The translations under genes were made by a program, and so were the position numbers. From NCBI GenBank assembly GCA_947425245.1, contig CANDYU010000001.1, forward strand, positions 63,028 through 127,027: a stretch of 64,000 nucleotides of DNA, written 5' to 3'. Under the pieces are notes generated by a model that made no database searches, was not told the DNA's origin, and saw nothing but the letters and a program-made list of their open reading frames with translations. Positions within the stretch are counted from its first letter, which is position 1. Each line of letters starts with the position of its first letter. Below, piece after piece: positions 10,751 to 17,137 of the stretch. The stretch is from an uncultured Candidatus Saccharibacteria bacterium (GTDB lineage Bacteria; Patescibacteriota; Saccharimonadia; Saccharimonadales; Saccharimonadaceae).

Positions 10751-10949
10751 GGTAGGTTTTTGGGAGTGGGGTTTTGGTAGATTTTTTGCAGGTTTTTGTC
10801 TGATTTGTCAATGTTGATAAAAGTTGGGTTTTATTTCGGAATGTTTACACAGATGTGGAAAAGTAGAAGAAGAGTTGTTCGGTTTTTGATGGTTTGGGAA
10901 ATTAAGGGTTGGACGGAAGTGACGTATTTTGGGTATTTTAGTATTGAAG

Positions 10950-11172
10950 CTTATCTAACCTAGTACGCCAGACAACGGATGGGGAAAGCACCCCAACGGT
11001 GATTTGGGCCGTTAGAAGGATGAATACTGTTCGAGAAAAAGAAATTGTATCCGGTTTGTCCTTGAGTGTTATCCTCATAAACAGATGCTGATGTCGCTGA
11101 CCAGTAGCGGCTATAGTTCCCCATCCGGCGTGTTGAGCCGTAATAATGAGAGACATACCCGCTACGGACGAT
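10950..11172 (-). repeat. Lectin-like (FISUMP C-terminal half) cassette E; promoterless with no start codon
   Basis: The hand-translated frame is open for 70 codons: IVRSGYVSHYYGSTRRMGNYSRYWSATSASVYEDNTQGQTGYNFFFSNSIHPSNGPNHRWGAFPIRCLAY*. It has the conserved head GTCCGTAGCGGG and the tail ...CCCCATCCGTTGTCTGGCGTACTAGGTTAGATAAG. Confidence 0.7.
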
Positions 11173-11226
11173 TCTTGGTTAATTAACAAGAAAGTTGACA
11201 GAATTAACAGAGGTAAAATGAAGTTG

Positions 11227-11249
11227 AACCCGTATAGGCTATACGGGTT
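11227..11249. repeat. Perfect 10-N-10 palindrome AACCCGTATAG-g-CTATACGGGTT
   Basis: Direct reading. Related copies lie at 11502-11524 and, degenerate, at 63522-63539. Each sits next to a cassette head. Confidence 0.7.
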
Positions 11250-11277
11250 GGAGTAAAAGGTACGATGGGATTTTTCA

Positions 11278-11503
11278 CTTATCTAACCTAGTACGCCAGA
11301 CAACGGATGGGGAAACCGTACCAACGACTGTCCGGGCCGCTCGACGGGCCGACGCCGCTAGCATTGAAACCGAGGTTGTAACCTGCCAAACCAGCAGACC
11401 CATTGTAGTAAATGGGCGAAGCCGTAGGAGACCAAATGTAGCCAGAGATGCCAAGATGCCGGGCAGAGCCGTAGAGGTGAGAGACGTTCCCGCTACGGAC
11501 GAA
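11278..11503 (-). repeat. Lectin-like cassette D; promoterless
   Basis: FVRSGNVSHLYGSARHLGISGYIWSPTASPIYYNGSAGLAGYNLGFNASGVGPSSGPDSRWYGFPIRCLAY*, closely related at the nucleotide level to cassettes A, C and G. Confidence 0.7.
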
Positions 11504-11524
11504 CCCGTATAGACTATACGGGTT
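11502..11524. repeat. Palindrome AACCCGTATAG-a-CTATACGGGTT abutting the head of cassette D
   Basis: Direct reading. Confidence 0.7.
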
Positions 11525-11586
11525 GGATTTAGAATTACCTCTGTTATTTTGGTTGATTTTTCGGTTAATTGAGCGATATTGATTAC

Positions 11587-11896
11587 TTCGTCCGTAGCGG
11601 ATATGTTTATCGCACTCACAGCTCCGTTCGATATTTCGGCCTCGGCGGTTATGGCTGGTCCAGTACTACTTCCTCAATATACTATGACGGAACAACTGGA
11701 TTAGCAGATTATTACCTCACTTTCTATGTTAGCGATGTCCGCCCATCAGACGGTCCATTCTATCGTTATTATGGTTTCCCCATCCGTTGTCCACGCTCCT
11801 GACGTCGCTGACAGAAGCTCGCTCTCTCGGAAATAAAAATGTAAACATTTTTGCTTCTCTCGAGAGCTCCTCAGTTGGCGTACTAGGTTAGATAAG
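11587..11896 (+). repeat. Lectin-like cassette B (diverged), head-to-head with D; its conserved tail is split by an 84-nt insertion
   Basis: FVRSGYVYRTHSSVRYFGLGGYGWSSTTSSIYYDGTTGLADYYLTFYVSDVRPSDGPFYRYYGFPIRCPRS* with the stop at 11800-11802. The tail remnant TGGCGTACTAGGTTAGATAAG resumes at 11876. Confidence 0.7.
11792..11875 (+). repeat. 84-nt hairpin-forming insertion inside the conserved cassette tail (between ..CCGTTGTC and TGGCGTAC..)
   Basis: An almost identical insertion occupies the same position in cassette G (63746-63828). It contains the nested hairpin AGCTCGCTCTCTCGGAA..AAAATG-taaa-CATTTT.. Confidence 0.65.
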
Positions 11897-12049
11897 ATTG
11901 GATATTAGCATTTCACCTGCGAGGGTGGTTGGTTTTCTAGTCTGGTGACGCTCTCTTCGTCTAAAGACTCAGACTCGCGTCAGCCTAGAATGATCAAGAC
12001 TAGAAAACCCAACCACACCTTCGACGCGGTGAAATGACAATATTTAATC
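11896..12049. repeat. Long imperfect hairpin element (about 154 nt) immediately 3' of the cassette B tail
   Basis: Arms CATTTCAC..GGTGGTTGGTTTTCTAGTC pair with GACTAGAAAACCCAACCACACC..GTGAAATG. Confidence 0.5.
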
Positions 12050-12147
12050 TACTGTGGGGTTGTGTGATGGAAGATTTTAGCGTCTATAGTTAATCTGGAA
12101 AGCCAAAATGGAACCGCAATCGGGGGGGCGATGTACGGTTCCATTTT

Positions 12148-12223
12148 GGTTGCGGGAGTTGGATTTGAACCAACGACCTTTTGGTTATGAGCCAAACGAG
12201 CTACCAGGCTGCTCTATCCCGCG
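12148..12223 (-). tRNA. Initiator tRNA-fMet (anticodon CAT), CCA encoded
   Basis: The reverse complement reads CGCGGGATAGAGCAGCCTGGTAGCTCGTTTGGCTCATAACCAAAAGGTCGTTGGTTCAAATCCAACTCCCGCAACCA. It has the C1xA72 mismatch and is near-identical to E. coli tRNA-fMet as I recall it. Confidence 0.9.
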
Positions 12224-12264
12224 ATATTCTTAAACGGTAGAACAATCTCCGCAGTACATGTTCA

Positions 12265-12292
12265 TTATATATCACATTTTTTACTGAGTCAA
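12265..12292 (-). promoter_or_regulatory. Putative promoter of tRNA-fMet
   Basis: On the minus strand: TTGACT, a 16-nt spacer, then TATAAT, about 35 nt upstream of the tRNA 5' end. Confidence 0.5.
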
Positions 12293-12445
12293 TAGTTTTT
12301 CTTAAAAAAGTCCATGATTCTACAAACAAAAGGTTTGCTTAATTAATCCAAAAAGAGTTAATTGAGATGGCTCCTTGAGGATTGATAATCGATTAGTATA
12401 AATATAATATTGACACCGGTTAAGCCCCCTAAAGTACAGGGCAAC

Positions 12446-12671
12446 CTTATCTAACCTAGTACGCCAGACAACGAATGGGGAAAGCGTTCCAACGATGGTA
12501 CGGGCCGTTCGACGGGTTGACGCCACTAGCATTGAAATTGAGGTTGTAACCTGTCAAAGCAGCAGACCCATTGTTGTAAACGGGCGAAGCCGTAGTGGAC
12601 CAATTGTAGCCATTGATGCCAAGGTTCCGGGCAGAGCCGTTGTCGCGACGGACGACCCCGCTACGGACGAA
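12446..12671 (-). repeat. Lectin-like cassette A, the most Asn/adenine-rich copy (TR-like); its head overlaps the stop codon of the upstream membrane-protein gene
   Basis: FVRSGVVRRDNGSARNLGINGYNWSTTASPVYNNGSAALTGYNLNFNASGVNPSNGPYHRWNAFPIRCLAY*, with 12 AAY codons. It is the only copy with CCCCATTCGTTGTC in place of CCCCATCCGTTGTC in the tail. Confidence 0.7.
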
Positions 12672-14316
12672 GACTGTGCTTAGGGGATGCGAAAATGATG
12701 AGAAGAAGAGGTGGAAGGAGATAGATATGGAGGGCGTTAGGCAGGCCGGCGAAGAAGTTAAGAGTAACAAGATAGGCGAGAATGAGGCTAATGAGGAGAG
12801 GGAGGGCGGGGTTGGACCAGAAGAGGGATTTTGGTGGGCGATTGGAATGGCGAAGCGGGAGGGGCGAGAAAGCCACGATCAGTACAAAGATAATAATGAT
12901 AATTCCGATGAGGCCGAGCTCGAGGAGGAGGCTGAAAAATTGGTTTTGGACGATTTCTTTGGGGCTGGTGACGCGATCGGGAAAGCGGGCGTGCATGGCA
13001 CTGCCAGCACCACCTAGGCCAACGCCGAATAGGATACTGGCGGGGGTGTCAAGCCAAGTGTCAATAGCGGTACCAGTGAGATTGAGGCGAATGTTGGTTG
13101 ATTCGGCGACGTAGCCATCGAAAATCGCAGAATCGGTGGGGGTGGGGCCGGAGGAATCTGACGATTCGGGGGGATTTTCTAAGGAGCTGGATGAGTTCGT
13201 GGGCTCAGCGTCAGATTGAGCGGAGCTGCGAGGACGAAGATCAATAAGGCCAAGTGAGAGCTGGTGAAGGGACTTGGCGGCACCGGAAAGAAAAGAGTCG
13301 TGAGTTGGGCCGATGACGGTGAAAAAGCCTTGGACAGTAAGAGTAAAGAGGAAGGAGAGGACAGGGATAAGAATGAGGGTAAGGATGGGTCGGGCAAAGC
13401 GACGACGGTAGAGGAGAAAACAGGAAAAGGCAAAGAGAGCGATGGCATAGGCATAGATTGCTCCGCGAGAGAAAGTGAGGAAGAGGGTGGAGGAAAAGAA
13501 GAAGGTAATAAGGATAAGGAGGGCGGTAGTACGCTTGGAGGAGTGGTGGCAGGGGGAGACGAGGAGGTAGAGTGCCGTCAGGGTTGGGGCGAGGAGGAGG
13601 TTGCCCATGAATTGGGGCTCGATGGCAAAACCGGAGGGGTGCGGAAAGCCGAAGGACTGAGAAACACAACCGAGACAAAGAAGGCTGGATTCGCGACCGA
13701 TACCGGCGAGGTCGAGAAAGCACTGGATCCAGCAGAAGAGGCAGACGAGTGCACTAAAGAGAAAAAATGATTTTAAGAGGAGACGGGAGAAGTTTTTGGG
13801 GGGAGTGAGGAGGGGTAGAATGTAAATTAATGAGAAAATGGCAAAGAAGAGCAGCCAAATAATGCCGGCGGTGAGAATGGCTCGGAGGGGATTGGGCGAC
13901 CAGAAGGCGGAGATAGTGGCGTAGAACGGGAATAGGGAGAGGAGAAAGAACCGGCGATCAGAAATGCCAGTAAAATTGGTGGTGAAGAGTTTTTTGAGGC
14001 TGAGGAGGGAGGATCTGGCGATACTTTGAGGATTTTTAGTACTTTGAAGACTTTTTTTACTTTGAAGTTTATCGGCACTTTGAAGATTTTTGGTACTTTG
14101 AGACCGGTTGGGGTTTTGTAGGAAAAGTGCGATGAAACTGAGAAAATCGAAGATGACTAGCCAAATGAGCGGAAGAGAGAGCTCGAAGTTCATGGTTTGG
14201 TTGGAACCGAGGCGGATTATGGGATAGTAAGAAAAGAAGAGGACGCCCGGAAGAAGGAGAATCAGGAAGAGGATGGCTTTTCTAAGGATTGATGATGGTT
14301 CTTTGGTTGGTTTCAT
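12661..14316 (-). CDS. O-antigen ligase/polymerase-like (Wzy_C family) polytopic membrane protein
   Basis: 551 aa with at least 10 TM segments and a LTFSRGAIYAYAIALF-type Wzy_C signature. It lies in the glycan locus. Confidence 0.7.
   Translation of the reverse strand: MKPTKEPSSILRKAILFLILLLPGVLFFSYYPIIRLGSNQTMNFELSLPLIWLVIFDFLSFIALFLQNPNRSQSTKNLQSADKLQSKKSLQSTKNPQSIARSSLLSLKKLFTTNFTGISDRRFFLLSLFPFYATISAFWSPNPLRAILTAGIIWLLFFAIFSLIYILPLLTPPKNFSRLLLKSFFLFSALVCLFCWIQCFLDLAGIGRESSLLCLGCVSQSFGFPHPSGFAIEPQFMGNLLLAPTLTALYLLVSPCHHSSKRTTALLILITFFFSSTLFLTFSRGAIYAYAIALFAFSCFLLYRRRFARPILTLILIPVLSFLFTLTVQGFFTVIGPTHDSFLSGAAKSLHQLSLGLIDLRPRSSAQSDAEPTNSSSSLENPPESSDSSGPTPTDSAIFDGYVAESTNIRLNLTGTAIDTWLDTPASILFGVGLGGAGSAMHARFPDRVTSPKEIVQNQFFSLLLELGLIGIIIIIFVLIVAFSPLPLRHSNRPPKSLFWSNPALPLLISLILAYLVTLNFFAGLPNALHIYLLPPLLLIIFASPKHSLRP
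14022..14110. repeat. In-frame tandem repeat of about 18 bp, roughly 5 copies (TACTTTGAAG-core), inside the ligase-like gene
   Basis: Direct reading. It encodes QSTKNLQSADKLQSKKSLQSTKNPQS. Confidence 0.65.
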
Positions 14317-15686
14317 AGTTTCGTTCCCTCCTGGGGTTTAAGGTTTTGTGATTTTGATGATTGTTCGGAAAATGCGGAGACGAGTTGGGAGATGTTGGAG
14401 CGGAAATGTTTGGAGGAGAACTTCGTGGCGGTGCTTGAGACGGCGGAACGGCTGTAGTCGGAGGATTGGAAGGATTTAAGGGCTTTCGCGAGGGATTCGG
14501 GGGTTTGTTTGGCAAAAAAGAGGCCGTTCTTCCCTGGCTGGATGATGTCTTGGCTGCCGCCGGCTTTGTAGGCGATGACTGGGCAGCCGGCAGCAAGGGC
14601 TTCAACTGCAGCGATACCGAATGGTTCGAGGCTGGGGAAAATGTAGGCGGTGGCGGATTGGAGGTATTGCGAGAGCTCTTTAGCGTCGAGCCAAGGAATA
14701 AAATGAATAAGAGGGGTGGCGAGAGTCTCGAGATGATGATGTTCAGGGCCGTCACCAATGACGACTAGGCGTTTCTGGGCCAAAATGCAACCCTTAATAG
14801 CAAGGTCGACGCGTTTCCAGGTTACCTGGCGACAAGAAATGACGAAGTATGGCTCATTTCTAGAGACCGTCGTAGGAGTGGATTCGGTACTCCTGTGGAA
14901 AAGTTGTGGAAAAAATGTGGAAAAAATGTGGATTTTTGTGGAGAAATTCGGGTTTTTGGTGGATTTCTTGTGGATTTCTTGTGGATTTTTGTGGAGAAGT
15001 TCGGATTTTTGGTGGATTTCTTGTGGATTTCTTGTGGATTTTTGTGGAGAAGTTGTGGAAAAGGGTGAGAAACGACTAATATCAACAGGGGGAGCTATGA
15101 TTTTGGCGTCGCGGTGGTAAAACTGTTTAATCTGGGCGGCGGCGTAGCTAGAAATCGTCACGAATTGGTCGGGTCGCTGGGCGGCTCGGAAATCGGCCTG
15201 GCGAAGAGGCTTAATAAGGCATTTCAGGGCGAGGCGGACGAGAGGATTCAGAAAGCCGAAACCGGGATTTTTGATGTATTGGTCGTACATTTGCCAGTAA
15301 TATTGGGTGGGGACATGGCAATAACAGATGTGATAATTGGTCTTCACAGCCTTCGCCTCAGCACCCGTGACCGAGATGACTAGGTCGTAGTGGCTGAGGT
15401 CGAGATGCGAGAAATAGAGAGCCCGAAGAGGGCCAAGGAGCTTGCGAAGGCAGGCAGGAAAGAGGTTGAGCCAACCGGTGCGGACGATGGCTGTATTAAA
15501 CCAGGCGATTTTCTTGGGGCGATATTGAGAAGTGTAAATTGGGGCGTCGGGATACATCTGGTGTAGTTCGAGGAGGACTTTTTCGGCACCGCCAGGGGTA
15601 GTGAGCCAGTCACAGACGAGAGCGATGGAGGGGTCGGGGGTTGATTTTTTGGCAGTTTTGGTCGTTTTAGAGCGAGATTTGGACAT
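14313..15686 (-). CDS. Glycosyltransferase family 4 (GT-B fold) with a repeat-encoded insert in the interdomain linker
   Basis: N-terminal LVCDWLTTPGGAEKV and C-terminal EPFGIAAVEALAAGCPVIA motifs. The start overlaps the downstream gene (ATGA). Confidence 0.8.
   Translation of the reverse strand: MSKSRSKTTKTAKKSTPDPSIALVCDWLTTPGGAEKVLLELHQMYPDAPIYTSQYRPKKIAWFNTAIVRTGWLNLFPACLRKLLGPLRALYFSHLDLSHYDLVISVTGAEAKAVKTNYHICYCHVPTQYYWQMYDQYIKNPGFGFLNPLVRLALKCLIKPLRQADFRAAQRPDQFVTISSYAAAQIKQFYHRDAKIIAPPVDISRFSPFSTTSPQKSTRNPQEIHQKSELLHKNPQEIHKKSTKNPNFSTKIHIFSTFFPQLFHRSTESTPTTVSRNEPYFVISCRQVTWKRVDLAIKGCILAQKRLVVIGDGPEHHHLETLATPLIHFIPWLDAKELSQYLQSATAYIFPSLEPFGIAAVEALAAGCPVIAYKAGGSQDIIQPGKNGLFFAKQTPESLAKALKSFQSSDYSRSAVSSTATKFSSKHFRSNISQLVSAFSEQSSKSQNLKPQEGTKL
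14894..15062. repeat. Array of 14 same-orientation DnaA-box-like 9-mers ((T/G)GTGGA(A/T/G)(A/T)(A/T)) with 10-11 bp phasing, including a 53-bp higher-order duplication, in frame within the GT4 gene
   Basis: Box starts read at 14894, 14905, 14916, 14927, 14937, 14958, 14969, 14980, 14990, 15011, 15022, 15033, 15043 and 15054. Confidence 0.7.
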
Positions 15687-17110
15687 TATTTCGCCCCTTT
15701 GCGGAAGAGGACGGCCCAGAAAGTCTTAAACATAATACGAAAGTCGAGGCTCATGGACCAGTTTTGGATATAGTAAAGATCAAGAGCTCGGCGTTCTTCA
15801 AAGGAAATGTCGCGGCGGCCGGAGACTTGGGCGAGGCCGGTGACGCCGGACTTAACGGAGAGGAGGAGGGAGCGGTCGCCGTAATGATGAAGTTCGCCCG
15901 GAACGAGAGCACGAGGTCCGACTAGCGAAATGTCGCCGCGAAGGACATTGAAAAGTTGGGGTAGCTCGTCGAGCGAAGTGGCACGGAGAAAATGGCCGAG
16001 TTTTGTAATACGAGGATCGTTCGGAATCATGTCGCCGTTCTTGCGGTATTTTTTTATGAGATGGGGCTTGCCCATTTTAGTAAAGGCTTCTTCGGGAGAG
16101 AGGCCGGAATATTCGGGTTTCATGGAGCGGAACTTATAGATTTTAAAACGATGATCGTAGCGGGAGAGGCGGGTTTCGGCATAGATGGGCGAAGCGGTGG
16201 GGTCGGAGAATTTTTCGATAAGCCAAATAATCGCCATGGGGATAGCGGCAATGATAAGAACGAGAGTACTAATAACGAGATCACAGGCACGCTTGGCGAT
16301 CTTTGCACTGCCAGCCAGGGGTGTAACACGGACAAAAATTGAGGGAGTGTCGCCGATTAGCTCGAGGTCGCCCATTTGTGAGGTCAACATGGCATTCGAG
16401 GGGACGAAATAGTAGAGGAGATGGTGGTTAATTGATTGACGATAGACATATTCAGTGCGGCGATCGTCGGTTTGGAAAATAACATCGGGCTTCGTGCGAC
16501 GAAGGGCCTCTTTAAGCGAAGAATATTGTTTCCGGCGAAGGTCTTTAGGGATAAACTTAGCCCCAGCGACAACGCCGGCTAACGAAAAACCAGATTCGGG
16601 GAAGGCGGAGATGTAGTTTGCGAGGTATTCGGTGTTTTTGCTATTGCCGATGATGACGGCACGGAGGGTGACTTTACGGGTCTTAAAGGTGTGGCTACGG
16701 ATTAGGCGGATTAAGCCACGGAAGAGGCAGAGGCTGAGAAAACAGGTCAAAACGGCATAGAGAACCATGATGCGGACTGGGAAAAGGTCGACATGGAAGA
16801 AAAAATCGTAGCTGATAATCGCCATCATACCAACGACTGAGGCAAGAAAGAGTCGGCCGAACTCTGACCAGCGGCTATGCTTCAGGAAGATGGATTTACT
16901 ATAGAGGCCAAAGGCGGCAAGAACCACTAAATATACAGGTAGAAGAACGAGAATGGAAAGAACGAAGTCAAGAGGCTCAGCTTTAAAGTAGAAAGGGCGT
17001 TGGTCGAGATGAATGCGAATCAAGTAGGCTACCAAAAAGGAGAGCAAAATTGCACAGGCGTCTCCGAGCACTAGAAAAAAATGAAAAATCAGCCCAAAAT
17101 CTCTCCTCAT
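15686..17110 (-). CDS. Polyprenyl-phosphate hexose-1-phosphate transferase (WbaP/EpsB-like initiating sugar transferase)
   Basis: 474 aa with N-terminal TM segments and a C-terminal bacterial sugar transferase domain (LDELPQLFNVLRGDISLVGPRA, GVTGLAQVSGRR). Confidence 0.9.
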   Translation of the reverse strand: MRRDFGLIFHFFLVLGDACAILLSFLVAYLIRIHLDQRPFYFKAEPLDFVLSILVLLPVYLVVLAAFGLYSKSIFLKHSRWSEFGRLFLASVVGMMAIISYDFFFHVDLFPVRIMVLYAVLTCFLSLCLFRGLIRLIRSHTFKTRKVTLRAVIIGNSKNTEYLANYISAFPESGFSLAGVVAGAKFIPKDLRRKQYSSLKEALRRTKPDVIFQTDDRRTEYVYRQSINHHLLYYFVPSNAMLTSQMGDLELIGDTPSIFVRVTPLAGSAKIAKRACDLVISTLVLIIAAIPMAIIWLIEKFSDPTASPIYAETRLSRYDHRFKIYKFRSMKPEYSGLSPEEAFTKMGKPHLIKKYRKNGDMIPNDPRITKLGHFLRATSLDELPQLFNVLRGDISLVGPRALVPGELHHYGDRSLLLSVKSGVTGLAQVSGRRDISFEERRALDLYYIQNWSMSLDFRIMFKTFWAVLFRKGAK

Positions 17111-17137
17111 GTAGTTTATTATAACACAAAGCTTCGT

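Noticed and set aside
11195-11219. TTGACA ... TAAAAT resembling a promoter in the E-D spacer.
   Set aside because: The spacer is only 13 nt, and the orientation would drive antisense transcription of cassette D. I do not consider it a credible sigma-70 promoter.
10938-11619. ORFs 10938..11189(-) and 11275..11619(-), together with 12320..12532(-), 59753..60040(-) and 63446..63790(+). They encode ...SVAGTSL...VVWRTRLDK-type peptides.
   Set aside because: These are alternative frames of the same cassettes. That frame is interrupted in cassette A and has no recognisable domain. The lectin-like frame is open in all seven copies and carries the YWSST...PIRC signature. I cannot fully exclude dual-frame constraint.
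10950-12671. Calling a complete diversity-generating retroelement.
   Set aside because: No ORF in the window has reverse-transcriptase motifs (no YxDD-type RT and no Avd-like small basic protein). No cassette is attached to a full-length target gene. Only the substitution pattern is DGR-like.
12613-13770. Plus-strand ORFs 12613..13017, 12782..13114 and 13264..13770, rich in Glu, Gly and Lys.
   Set aside because: They are antisense shadows of the polytopic Wzy_C-like membrane protein gene. They have no start context and are low complexity.
14881-15063. A regular short repeat array that could be mistaken for a CRISPR array.
   Set aside because: The period is only 10-11 bp with no unique spacers. 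The array lies inside a continuous 457-aa ORF, and no cas genes are present in the window.
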